A stretch of DNA of 64,000 nt from Octopus sinensis (Eukaryota): positions 63,302,001 to 63,366,000 of the forward strand of contig NC_043005.1 in the NCBI RefSeq assembly GCF_006345805.1, read 5' to 3'. Each line of letters starts with the position of its first letter. Positions within the stretch are counted from its first letter, which is position 1. Positions 38,150 through 52,397 of this stretch are shown piece by piece. The translations under genes were made by a program, and so were the position numbers. The notes below the pieces were generated by a model. That model was not told where the DNA came from. It did not search any database and saw nothing but the letters and a program-made list of their open reading frames with translations.

Positions 38150-38800
38150 AATCAGAAGTTTCTATGACTTCTTACTGGCTTCTTAATTCCCTTGATTATA
38201 ATCCTATGTATTTCTGTGTGGGGGTGCAGTTGAGAAAGATACTAACTGCACTGCTTGCAACACCAAGGCTAGCCAAGTGGGTAGCCAAGATCACAGAGGT
38301 TTTTGAAGATCTTCTCACAGACATTGTTAAGAACACATGCACCAGCTTCTTCCATGGCCTCAAGACGTCTCCAGAACCTGGTTCTTCACCGTATACCTGG
38401 AAAGATCTTCAAACATCTTCTTCATCATGATCACTAGCACAGATTTGATGCTGCAAATAGAGCAATTTGTGTCATTACCCATGGTATCTCACACACAGTA
38501 ACCCATGGGATTACAATCAAGGAAATTAAGAGGCCAGAAAGTGCTGCTGGTAATGTAGAAATTCTCTGATAACCACTTCTGACTCTTTCCAGAGGTGGGG
38601 CAAGGAGCCAAGTCCTGATGCCACACATGACCTTTCAGTAGCAACCCACTTTACATAGCTACGTGAATGGAGCCGAAGGCCCTGTTCAAAGATGTGAGAT
38701 GGCATGACACCACCCTCTCTAGAGACACACCCAAAGGCCATCACCTGGCCATGACTTCGTAGTGTCTGTTGCAACTGTCCATATCATACAATATTGTCTG
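38150..38800. mobile_element. Two converging maT/Tc1-like transposase fragments
   Basis: Plus strand: WLLNSLDYNPMYF...EDLLTDIVKNTCT (38150-38350). Minus strand: VMAFGCVSREGGVMPSHIFEQGLRL, WHQDLAP, and RFWRRLEAMEEA (38345-38800). Confidence 0.7.
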
Positions 38801-39104
38801 AGCATTGGACAGCAGTCATGATGTCAGCATTTTGATACCCAGCACAAATCATCATGATACAGATGACTCTCTTCCAATATTCAAATGGCTTCAAGTCCTC
38901 TATGCCAGCTAACATTTTCTCAACTACAACTTTAAACTTTATGCTCTTCAATGCCATTGACTATTCATCAATACATGAAGCCGTTCCTGAAAAAAGGGGA
39001 GACATAGAAAATTTATCAAATTTAGATCAAACACCCTGTATATGTATATATATTATATCTTCTCTTATATATCATGGCACTCCTGATAATAATAGTCACT
39101 CATG

Positions 39105-40405
39105 AGAACTCCTTTATGCTGATAACCCTGTTTTTATTGCTGAAACTGTGGTAAAATTAGAAAACAAATTCCATGTGTGGAAGCACAATTTGGAATCAAA
39201 GGACCTTAAACTTAGCAAAGACTGAAGTTCTAGTAAAGAGGAAATCAAACTGGATGCTAATACTATCAGGTAAATGGCTGTGCTGGATATGTTTCAAAGG
39301 TGTAGAAAATTTCACACAATGTTCTCAGTGGATATTGTACTAACATAGGATAAGCAGTACTACCACAAGAAAGTTAACAGAGAAAGCAGACTTTGTTTTT
39401 CGCAGATATGTAGAAACAATAAAACACTAACAACATACAATAAATAGAGTTCCTCAAAAACCCAGGAGTATCCTTAGATGTAATAGATATTTTCTGTTGT
39501 CCAGGTGATATAATTAGCAGTGGAGGTGGATGTTCTGAAAGAATAGTTATTAGAATGAGAAATAGATGGAGAACACTCAGAGATTTATTACCCTTAGTGG
39601 GTAATGAAAGGCCTGTCTCTCAGAGTGAAAGGCAGATTACACAATGTTTCTGTATGAACAACAATGTTGTATGCTTGTGAAAAACTTGGGCAGTGAATGT
39701 AAGAGACATGCAAAGACTAGAAAGAAATGAAACAAGCATGCTTCACTGGATGAGCAATATCAGTGTACATGTACAATAAACTATAAAGTGCTGAGAGAAA
39801 AATTTGGCATAAAAGGCATCAGATGTGGTGTGTAAGAGAGAAGACTGCACTGATATAGTCATGTGATGTGGATGGATGTAGACAGCTGCATAAAGTAGTG
39901 AAGATCCTTAAATGTAGATAAAATGTGTATGCCATTCATTGGGTCTACCACTATCTCCATCTCTAACCATTGTCACTCTCCCTTCACACTTTTACAAACT
40001 TATCTACCCACCCTACTTTGTCAATCTTCTAACCCTATTTCCTTTCTTATATTCAGTATCCTTGAGGATACAATCTCACCAATTTTTCTCCCTTTCTTGC
40101 TGGGACAGTCATGTATCTCCTCTTCAATTAGTTGCCTTTTCCTGTCCTTTCATCATATTTCAATATTTCACCACCTCTCTCAATACTACACTCTGACTCA
40201 GTTGAAGGGTTATTTGGTGACCTTGCTAATACTGCTACTTTTAAAAAAAGGTATTCATTACCCCCTGTGAAATATTTGGCTTTAGTAAGGATGTCCAGCC
40301 ATAGTAACCATGCCAAGCAGACATCTGAGTTCAGTGCAGTCCTCTGCAGTTCCTGTCAAATTTCCAACCCATATCAGCATGGAAAATGAATGTTAAACGA
40401 TGATC
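39105..40405 (+). mobile_element. Older decayed copy of the RTE family at 4650/8567
   Basis: ELLYADNPVFIAE, NLESKDLKL, and GIRCGV*ERRL pieces, plus tail remnant gcatggaaaatgaatgttaaacgatgat at ~40375-40405. Confidence 0.75.
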
Positions 40406-41407
40406 ACACTTCTTATCATAATGATGATTTTAAATATATAATCATATATATTCATACATAAATATATGTCCAGATATATACACAAACATTATACATATAT
40501 AAGTATAATTGCATACATGTTTCCATACATACATACATACAGACATACATACATACATACACACATACATACATGCATATACATATGTGCATACACACAT
40601 GCAAATATGTATATGCGCATGTATATATATTTAGATGAGTATGTATATACATATATTATATGCATACAGACCATGCAGACATACATACACATATGTGTAT
40701 GCGTCTACATATGAAGCATATAATTTTGTTTGTAATCCTGTTCATTTCCTCAGGGAACATGAACTTCTACGAATGTATTTACTTTGTGTCAAGTGCTCAG
40801 CTATTTTTTTGCCTTTTCAATGTTTTTCTATTATATTTATATTTTATACGCTATATTTACTCTGTTTTATTTTTTTCTTTTTGCTTTACATGTGATCTTT
40901 TATTTACAATGTAGATTACTAGTTCAATAGCAAACGACAATACAACTGTTTGTTCTAAGCTGATAAAGTGCAGATTAGTTGGTTACAAGAACACTTAATT
41001 GGTAATCAGATGATGGCTTTCTTAAATAGTTATCATTTCAAGTAGCAACCTAACATGACCTGACGGCACCAGGTTGTTACTTTCACTTTCGTTTTTCCCA
41101 TCTCATTGATATGCTTGCATACTTGTATAAATACATATATGTGCTGTACTCTTACTGGTTTCAGGTAATAAATGCAGTCATGCTGAAGCAACATCTTGAA
41201 AGGTTTTTTTGATTGATCGTATCAAAACTAGTAATTATATCAGTTGAGTAATCATTTTATCAATTTTTATTCATTGAAAGGATCAATTTACTATTTAGTG
41301 TACTGCGATACAGATCAACGCACTATCTACACCAGTATGCAGGCAAGCAGCACACACATACATAGTTACATGAAAACAATGATGCATGTATGTGTACATT
41401 GAGTGTA

Positions 41408-41442
<35 letters not shown>

Positions 41443-41548
41443 CATCATCATCATCATCATCATTATCCTGATAAGTTAGCATTTTGACCCAAAATACTGG
41501 CAGAATAAGTTCCATGCATGTGTACATATGCAAATATGTATATATATA

Positions 41549-41638
<90 letters not shown>

Positions 41639-41659
41639 ATGTATGTATGTATATATATG

Positions 41660-41710
<51 letters not shown>

Positions 41711-42779
41711 ATACAATCAATTTGAGGAAGTTATATCATCACTAGGTATTATATAATCCAAAATATTCCACTGGTTGATCTCTATCATAGAATGCAAAAG
41801 TCACAGGTATATGTAAGGGATTGTTGTAATTATATATATTTTCCTTCAATATTAATTATATATATATATACATATATATATATACACCAGCATCCTTCCA
41901 TGTTCACATGGATTAGAAGGTTGACAGAATCTGACAGAGGACTACATCATGTTTCAATATCTGCTTTGGCATAATTTCTACAATTGGGTGCTGTTCCTAA
42001 CATTAGCCACTTTAGCAAGTGAACAGAATGCTTTTTACACAGCACCAGCACCCCATGTAGTGCACGAGACTAAGATCCTCTACAACTGAGTGGAACTACA
42101 GTGGAGAGGGTGGCAATTTTATATAAGATGATAAAAGATTACACTATGAAGGAAAGTGTGTGTGTGGCAGGGTGTAACTGGTGGTATATGGGATTATGGA
42201 ATTCCACACAGTTTCATTGACTGAATTCAGCTCACAATTTATTGGTCTTTTCAAGGCTAGTCTACAAAATACTCAATCAAAGTACCACTTATTGGTGTCA
42301 AAACAAGGACTACATCTGTGCAAAGTGAACTTGTCAATAACATGGCTATACCTGCATCTATAAACATACTTACACATATATGCATACACAAATGTATACA
42401 TCACACATGCATATATTCATAATGGCATACAATTGTACCAATGCACATATTTTCATTTTTCTATTCATAGAAATTCCAGTTCTTAAATTTAAGCATGTTT
42501 AAACATACATACAAAAGTACAGTTGTAATTATACCTGTATTTTTAATTAGTTTAAAAATATTAGCTTTGTAGAAGGGACAGTGCCTATGGCCACTGTGGT
42601 GATGGGTAGAGCAATCCAGTTTATAATAATAGTGATGTTCTCTAAGCTTTGTAAACTGTATTCTTTCTCAGAATTGCTGCTCCCCATCTATGATTGAACC
42701 ATTTGGTTCACACAGACACACAGACATACAACAGCTCCTTTATAAGAACCAGTTAGCTTAAGACATCATCAGGAAGAAC

Positions 42780-43150
42780 CATGTCCAGTTTTGACGTGCC
42801 TCCCACCCTTTTGGAGGTGTCTTCAGCTCTGGTATTGAGTGCATGTCTTCTTTCTCCTTTCCTCTGTTATTCTTGAGTTCTTATTATTTCCCATGTTATG
42901 TATTAGGGGTTCAGCAAATTTTGCTCAATACATTTAGATCACTAATTCTGTTTTCTTCAACAGTTTATGAAGTAGGAAAGTCCCTTTTTGGGAGACATTT
43001 CTTTGTTTTATAGATTCTACTTTGTTATTTCTATGCTCTGTAACTATAGGCTTAATATGATTCTGTTTTATTTTTGAGGTTGGTATTTATAATGATAGGC
43101 AGGTGCAGATGTAATAGATGTATTACTCAAATGTGTTACTCCTGCTACTA
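42780..43150 (-). pseudogene. Decayed PLE GIY-YIG endonuclease fragment
   Basis: Broken ESIKQR...KTEL...ITWEIIRTQ...RR pattern resembling the endonuclease at 47508-47900. Confidence 0.4.
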
Positions 43151-43248
43151 TCTATTGGTACCCAGGCAGCATATATATTTTTAAAGTTGTTGACACCACT
43201 GGATTGAATAGTATTGCCCTGGTGTCAAAACCTTAATGATATCTGTTA

Positions 43249-43507
43249 AATATAATAAACGTGCCCTTTTAATTTCTAGCCAGGCTCATGGGTCCAGTTT
43301 CCCAGTTTCTATGGCGTATATGTTTCCCAGCTGGATGGGACGCCAGTCCATCACAGCATTACTCATTTTTGCCAGCTGAGTGGATTGGAGCAACGTGAAA
43401 TGAAGTGTTCTGCTCAAGAATACAATCTGTCGCCTGATCCAAGAATCAAAACCACAATCTTACGATCATGATGCTGACACCCTAACCACTAAGCCACGCG
43501 CCTTCAC
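43249..43507 (-). mobile_element. Family B SINE with a 14-bp TSD
   Basis: TSD aatgatatctgtta at 43235-43248 and 43508-43521. tRNA-like head gtggcttagtggttagg. Confidence 0.92.
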
Positions 43508-43768
43508 AATGATATCTGTTAGGCAGCTGATAATGGCCGTATATGTTTGATATGTTTGTTGTCTGTTAATCTTTTATATCTTGGGTTTCATTATTCTGAA
43601 TTGTTCTTCATTCTAATTAGGATGAACATGTTTTAGGGTTCATGGTTTATGGTTACTACATACATATATGATACTGCATGATTGTCTTCATTAGTAATCT
43701 TAGTATACTAGGTTGATACTTAATGAATGGCTTTTAGTTTCCAGAAGTTCTGTTGCATATATATAGTG

Positions 43769-43832
<64 letters not shown>

Positions 43833-43843
43833 TATGTATATAC

Positions 43844-43912
<69 letters not shown>

Positions 43913-43998
43913 TATTAGAGACAAACCACTATTTTGCAAAACAAACAAGGAAAGACTTAATCAATACATAAAATTTTAATAAATAGTCAAAAAAACCG

Positions 43999-44041
43999 CC
44001 ACTACAATCGTTTCTTGTCTTGATCGACAATCTTCAGGTGG
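43999..44041 (-). ncRNA. Minimal type I hammerhead ribozyme, 3' pLTR
   Basis: CCAC CUGAAGA UUGUC-GAUCAA-GACAA GAAAC GAUU GUA/GUGG. ACGAUUGU is self-complementary with G-U pairs. Confidence 0.9.
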
Positions 44042-47000
44042 ACTTCCAATCTAAAAATCAATATTTTAAAATATAAAAATAATAATTTTAAATAATTAAA
44101 GTATGAATGAAAAAATATAAGTATATAATCCATATATAACCTATATATAATCCATATATAATCAATATATAAACAATATATAAACTAAAAAAACCTATCA
44201 ACAATTAATTATAAAACTATAAAATATAAAATATAAAATATAAAACAAAACAAAAAAATAATAATAATATAATAATAAACTATATATACACCCATACACA
44301 TATACCTAATTATATATAACCATATCTAACTACATACACTAAATCACACACCTATATATATATCCCTATACATACACATAAAAACGTCTAGGCAACTATA
44401 AATAAATAAAATAGCTAAATACTTCAACACAATACTTATTCATACTCCCACACACCACACATACAACCCACATTCACGCTCTAGAAAACGGACATCACTC
44501 AAAACTATGAACGGAGAAATGGAATAAATGGAATTAAAAATTATATTCACTTGGTAAAAACGAACACTACTTAAAAATTATGAATGAAACAATGCAATAA
44601 AACAACAGACATCGCAAATAGACACAAATTACTACGAATTCCTTAACAAACCTATCATGATAAACCAAAACTCATAAAAACATATAATGATAAAATCTCC
44701 CTTTACTAAACTCTATAACAAACCTATATAGCAATCCCCCTAACCTAAACATTCACACACAAATACACACACGTAAACCACACACCCACGACATATACAA
44801 ATACCCACACCACTTACACATACCATACATACATATAAACCTCAACATATACTCCAAAAACCCACTCAACCCCACACAGACAAATAAACACAAAAATTAT
44901 GAATGGATTCTTTTATAAAACTACCATGATAAGCTAAAACTCACAAAACAGAAATGATAAAACCTCCCTTTACTAAACACTATAACATACTTATATAGCA
45001 ATCCCTTTAACCTATACATTCACACACAAAAACACACACGTAAACCACACACCCATAACAAATACAAACACCCACCCCACTCACACACACCCACAAGTAC
45101 ATATAAGCCTCAATATATACACCAAACAAAATTACTTTACCAAGGAACTTAACATATGTATAAAAAGTATAATCGCTCTGGAAACGAACATCTCTAAATT
45201 AATGAATGGAGAAATGGAATAAATGGAATTAAAAATAATATTCACGTTGCAAAACAAACACCACTCAAAAATTATGAATGAAACAATGTAATAAAACAAC
45301 CAACATCGAAAATAGACAAATTACCACGAATTCCCTAAAAAAACCATGATAAACCAAAACTCATAAAAACATATAACGATAAAATCTCCCTTTACTAAAC
45401 TCTATAACAAACCTATATAGCAATCCCCCTAACCTAAACATTCACACACAAATACACACACGTAAACCACAGACCCACGACTTATACACATACCTATACT
45501 AACTTATAAACCTCAATATACACCAACACCACTCACTCCCCCACAGACAAATTAACACATACATCCCAAAACCTAAATAACAAACCCATATACACATTCA
45601 CACACAAACACACACACACGCAAAACACACACACACACGGATACATATACTCCCTCACATATACGCATATACATACTCACCAAACTCGATATATACAACA
45701 ATATTTACACACCACACTCATACAGATAAATAAATTATACAACTAAAAACTCACACACAACTCATATACATAAACACTCCTATGAAAACAACATTAAATA
45801 CATCGTAATTAACCAGAATATCAAAAATAACAATATGACATAAGGATAAATAAAAGACATACTTACAAGTCAGTTTCAAATTATGAAGTGAAATTAAATT
45901 CTTAGCCGTTAAAAAAATCAAACCAAAATTACGTTACCATAGAAATAACTTATGTAAAAAAAGAATACGCGCCATGGAAAGTAAACGTCATTTAAATTAT
46001 GAATGGAGAAAAAGAATAAATGGAACTAAAAACTATATCCACGTGGCAAACCAACACTACTTAAAAAAATTTTATTATGAATGGATTCTTTAAAAAACTA
46101 CCATGAAAAATCATTATATACATTTATGAGCTTTAGCTCACCTTAGCAGCTCTAACAAACAACTTGCAGTAAACCAAACCCATTCTCTATGCCTACCTCA
46201 CTACCACACTAATCCATTCACAATTCCAAGCAACGCTAGTCCACCACCCGGTTACAATTCCCAACTCCACCCATTCATTCACAATTTCAACGACATTCGC
46301 CTCCACAGCGCTACATATAAGCCTCAACATATACACCGGAGATACACTTACACATCCGTGCGGATGGGTGAGAGTATACATTGAGTGTAGTGATGGGGCT
46401 CCCATTACTATACACATTTGTACCTGTGTGGTAGTCTCCATGTGTATATTCACGCACGGGTATAAATGCAGGGGGTACACGCGCACGTCATTTGCGTGTA
46501 CCCCTCACATGTACATATGCATGCTATATGGGCTCGATATATGCAACAATGTAATCGCGCCCGCATACATGCATATGGGCGAATGCACAATCAAAAAACG
46601 CACACGTGTGTGTGTGCGTTCCCTGGTTGTGCAATTCACCCATCTGGGTGTGAGTGGGTGTGTAGCGTATCGCTGTGGATGTCGAGCTTGATACGTATGT
46701 ATATGAGTGTGTATTAGGGGGGTGACGTATTAATTGTGTGCATGTGCTTCACGCACTTGCGTCCATGTATGGATGAATATATTGGGATTACTATGTGGGT
46801 GTAAATTGGGTATGGAGGGGGGAGTTTTGTCATTGTATGGGTGTGGGTTTCATTTGTGATGGTGGTTAGTTGGTGATTTTTAGTATGTTCTGTATATTTG
46901 GGTTAGTTATGTATTATTCTAGTGTGTATAATTGTATACATATAATTGGTGTGAATGGGATTAGCCCATTTTTGGGGATGTATGTGTTTATTTATCCATG

Positions 47001-47507
47001 TGGGCGGGAGTGGCCGTTAGGTGTATATGCTGAGGCTCACATGCAATTCCAGGTACAACGAATGAAGTGGGCACTTATATTTGTTATGGGTGTGTGTACT
47101 TTATTATAACAGACAATACCCAATAAAATCTGTCAATTCAACATACCAAATAAAAAAAAAAAAAAACAAAGGGATCTAAACATTCACACATACATACAAA
47201 TCTCAATAAAAACACCACTAAATAACACCCATAAACATATAAATATATCCTCCAAAATACATATAACAAATGCATAATAAAAATACATAATAAAAAAATA
47301 AAAATAAAAAAAAAAAAAACCTAATATAAATTATTAAAGTTTTAACGTACCATAACTGTTAAATTAATATACATAAAAATGAACTAATTAAACAAAGAAA
47401 TATCAATAAAGACTAACTATAATTAAAGCCTAGACAACATAACCAAAAATATATTATCTAAACTAATTTAAACTAAACTAAAGTAACCTAAAAGGGAACT
47501 ATTATTG

Positions 47508-49990
47508 CTATTTATCATGAAACTTATTATATAGGTAAAGTAACTTATGTCTGCATTTTATTTTGCGCTCTTCACCAGTATTAAGTAAATTATCATACTT
47601 ATAAAATAAAATTTCTTTAAACTCATTAGAGCATAAATAACAACAATTAGCTCCTATAGTATATGATTTAGTTTTACAAATTATTTCCAAAATTAAACTA
47701 TAATTAATATTTAGTGATTTAAGACTCCAAATGTACTTACTAAGTCCGGTTGAGTTGATTAAGTTTTTATTTTTAAAAGAATTCATATGTTGTGCGATTC
47801 TTAGTTTTATTTTTGAGGAAGTAGAACCTATATAAACCGCTTTTGTGTAATAATTATTCTTAAAGTTATTATCATGTAATGTAACTATACATTTATACAC
47901 TACATCGTTAATATCACAATTATTATTTAATATACAATTAGATTTATCTCTACATGTACAATTAATATAAGTCTTATCATTATTAATATTATTATCAAAT
48001 AATTTCTTTTTATAAAAATTATTCAGTTTATATTTATTAAATGAAGAAATAATGTTACCAACATTATTAGTGGTAGAGTAACCAACTCCAAAATTATTAA
48101 AGAGAAAATGTTTCTATATTTACGATTATCTCTAATAAATAGTTCTATAACATCTAAAATCTCTTTAATAATATTCGTTTTTACTTGATCTCCATAAGGA
48201 ACTATTAACCAAATTTTATTCTTATTAACCTTATTATTATTATCATTATTATAAATATATTTATAATTCTTTATTTTATTAAAATTATTATCAGAATTAT
48301 ATCTATGTACAGCATTTAAGGAATTATTAATATTATTAAATTTATCAATATAATTATTATAATAATTATTAAATTTATTTTTATTTATATTATTCTTATT
48401 TATATTATTATTATTATATTATTATTATTATTATATCTTATTTATATTTTATCATTTTTATTATTTTTTTTATAATATCTATTATTTTTACCACTAAACC
48501 TAACAAAATTATAATATTATTAGAAGTATCTCGAAAATTAACAATTAAATCTTTATCACTAATATTATAAAATTTAATATTCCTATTATAACCTGCCCCT
48601 CTAAGGGCCTCATTATAATAATTAGCATGTTTATTAAAAATCTCTATATCATAAGAGAGTAATGAAATACGTTTACTTATATTATTAATCAACGATTTTT
48701 TAATAGAAAATGGGTGATTACTATTAACATTTATATATCTAAGGTTCTCATTAAGTTTATGATATGGTTGTGTTTTACCTGTAATAAGATTAAAATTAAC
48801 ATCTAAATAATTAACATTATAATTCTCCTATATATAGTAATACTTAAACCATATCTTTTAAAGAAACTATATAGTTTTTTCTTATATACTTCTAGATTCC
48901 TATTAGTACAATTCTTTGTAACTAGTAGAAGATCGTCTCTATATAAACCACCCTCTATCTTAAGATTTTCTAATTGGAGTTCAGATAAAAGAAAAATACC
49001 TACTAAATCAGTAGCCTGTGCAGAATCTGGTGCTCCCATAGGTATATCAAAACAATCTCTAGTATCATTCCTAGCCCATAATTTATTTTTATATTTAATT
49101 AGCGATTTCCTAGCCATTTTAATTACATACTTCCTCCTCCCGTGACATACCCACTTTATTCATTGCGAAAATAAGCGCTTTATTAAACACAATTTCATTA
49201 ATAGAAGAATAATAATTATCTATATCTATTTGAATAAATTTATAACGATTTTTATCTTTAATATTATTAAACCATTTCAATGTATTATTATTACTAAACC
49301 ATAATTTTAAATAATTAATTTTTTAACTTATCAATATATTTATCTAAAATAAATTTACTTATTTACCTAGGTCCGATTTACATGGGCAAATTAATCTAAC
49401 TTTAGGGTCTGAATAAAAATTATCTTTATGGTCTTTAAGAGTAATTCTGGGGTGCAAAGGTACATAAGGTTCAGTTTTATTATCCAACTCATATTTTAAC
49501 ATTACTACTTTAGAGGCCTTATTAATATTATAAAGAATATCATCTGGAACAATTTTATATTTTTTAATTATTTCTTTCCCTAATAGTTTATCATATAATT
49601 TAACATCTAATTTATATAAGTTCCTTGTTTTATCAGATTGTACTATAATACCATCCATTTTTCTCATATCTTTAATTTTAATTGCTAAATTCTTAAATAT
49701 TCATTATTTCTATTTGGGTATTTATGGAATTCAATATTTTTACCACCTTCCATATACTATCTTCAAGTAATTGTAATTCTTTATTAAAAGGAGGTTCCTT
49801 TCTGGATTTAAATTTAGAGGTAAAATTATCATTCCTACTATCAATATCATTAAATAAATAAAAATTATAGTAAAAAGCTTTCCATTTAATTCTAGAAATA
49901 AAATCTTTAACATTATTAACAAGTTTCAAGATAAATTCCTTTCTAGAAGTAATAGGAATATCTTTCAAAGATGAATCCCAAAACAGCGGT
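47508..49990 (-). CDS. PLE polyprotein (RT, Asn-rich linker, Cys motif, GIY-YIG endonuclease), frameshifted in this assembly
   Basis: Motifs LKDIPITSRKEF..IKWKA, QSDKTRNLY, ITLKDHK..PKVRLICPCKS, KFIQIDI..YSSI, FDIPMGAPDSAQATDLVG, GLYRDD, VNYLDV, SNHP, CTCRDKSNC, VYKC...VYIGST...R...H, LSKYIW, CYLC, LLN...CRH. About 8-9 frameshifts. Confidence 0.9.
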
Positions 49991-50245
49991 TCTATCTTAC
50001 CTGCAAAAATCCATAATTACGAAATTGAGGTATTACACTCAATATACAAAATTATCAATATTATATAAATAATAAATATTAGGGAATAAATCCAAATTTA
50101 CAGGAAAAAAAATCAGATTTAGGATTAAATCCAATTTTATGGTAAAATATTATAAAATATATTAGAGACAAACCACTATTTTGCAAAACAAACAAGGAAA
50201 GACTTAATCAATACATAAAATTTTAATAAATAGTCAAAAAAACCG

Positions 50246-50288
50246 CCACTACAATCGTTTCTTGTCTTGATCGACAATCTTCAGGTGG
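50246..50288 (-). ncRNA. Minimal type I hammerhead ribozyme, 5' pLTR
   Basis: Identical to 43999-44041. Confidence 0.9.
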
Positions 50289-52079
50289 ACTTCCAATCTA
50301 AAAAATCAATATTTTAAAATATAAAAATAATAATTTTAAAATAATTAAGTATGAATGAAAAAAATAAGTATATAATCCATATATAACCTATATATAATCC
50401 ATATATAATCAATATATAAACAATATATAAACTAAAAAAACCTATCAACAATTAAATATAACTATAAAATATAAAATATAAAATATAAAACAAAAAAAAA
50501 AAATAATAATAATATAATAATAAACTATATATACACCCATACACATATACCTAATTATATATAACCATATCTAACTACATACACTAAATCACACACCTAT
50601 ATATATATCCCTATACATACACATAAAAACGTCTAGGCAACTATAAATAAATAAAATAGCTAAATACTTCAACACAATACTTATTCATACTCCCACACAC
50701 ACACACATACAACCACATTCACGCTCTAGAAAACGGACATCACTCAAAACTATGAACGGAGAAATGGAATAAATGGAATTAAAAATTATATTCACTTGGT
50801 AAAACGAACACTACTTAAAAATTATGAATGAAACAATGCAATAAAACAACAGACATCGCAAATAGACACAAATTACTACGAATTCCTTAACAAACCTATC
50901 ATGATAAACCAAAAACTCATAAAAACATATAATGATAAAATCTCCCTTTACTAAACTCTATAACAAACCTATATAGCAATCCTACCTAAACATTCACACA
51001 CAATACACACGCGTAAACCCCACACCACGACATATACAAATACCCACACCACTTACACATACCAATACATACATATAAACCTCAACATATACTCAAAAAC
51101 CCACTCAACCCCACACAGACAAATAAACACAAAAATTATGAATGGATTCTTTTATAAAACTACCATGATAAGCTAAAACTCACAAAACAGAAATGAAAAC
51201 CTCCCTTTACTAAACACTATAACATACTTATATAGCAATCCCTTTAACCTATACATTCACACACAAAAACACAACGTAAACCACACACCCTAACAAATAC
51301 AAACACCCACCCCACTCACACACACCCACAAGTACATATAAGCCTCAATATATACACCAAACAAAATTACTTTACCAAGGAACTTAACATATGTATAAAA
51401 AGTATAATCGCTCTGGAAACGAACATCTCTAAATTAATGAATGGAGAAATGGAATAAATGGAATTAAAAATAATATTCACGTGGCAAAACAAACACCACT
51501 CAAAAATTATGAATGAAACAATGTAATAAAACAACCAACATCGAAAATAGACAAATTACCACAAATTCCCTAAAAAAAAAAAAACCATGATAAACCAAAA
51601 CTCTTAAAAACATATAACGATAAAATCTCCCTTTGCTAAACTCTATAACAAACCTATATAATTATCCCCCTAACCTAAACATTCACACACAAATACACAC
51701 ACGTAAACCACAGACCCACGACTTATACACATACCTATACTAACTTATAAACCTCAATATACACCAAGGTGTGTGATTTAGTGTATGTAGTTAGATATGG
51801 TTATATATAATTAGGTATATGTGTATGGGTTTATATATAGTTTATTATTATATTATTATTATTTTTTTGTTTTGTTTTATATTTTATATTTTATATTTAT
51901 AGTTTATATTTAATTGTTGATAGGTTTTTTTAGTTTATATATTGTTTATATATTGATTATATATGGATTATATATAGGTTATATATGGATTATATACTTA
52001 TATTTTTTCATTCATACTTTAATTATTTTAAAATTATATTTTTTTATATTTTAAAATATTGATTTTTTAGATTGGAAGT

Positions 52080-52121
52080 CCACCTGAAGATTGTCGATCA
52101 AGACAGAAACGATTGTAGTGG
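52080..52121 (+). ncRNA. Hammerhead copy in the inverted pLTR, with a 1-nt deletion (GACA instead of GACAA)
   Basis: ccac ctgaaga ttgtc gatcaa gaca gaaac gatt gta gtgg. Confidence 0.75.
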
Positions 52122-52299
52122 GCGTTTTTTTGACTATTATTAAAATTTTATGTATTGATTAAGTCTTTCCTTGTTTGTTTTGCAAAATAGTGGTTTTGTC
52201 TCTAATAAATTTTATAATATTTACTATAAAATTGGATTTAATCCTAAATCTGATTTTTTCCCTGTAAATTGGATTTATTCCCTAATATTTATTATTATT

Positions 52300-52349
<50 letters not shown>

Positions 52350-52397
52350 GAGTGTGTGTGGGTGTGGTGTATATATATATATATATCTATCTTTATG

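Larger units (their letters stand above)
43903..52298 (-). mobile_element. Penelope-like element (Neptune/Nematis-like), near complete, with direct and inverted pseudo-LTRs, inserted in (TA)n
   Basis: Direct repeats 43903-45526 and 50151-51767. An inverted copy of 50066-50597 lies at 51768-52298. RT+EN ORF in between, HHR in all three repeats, and (TA)n on both flanks. Confidence 0.93.
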
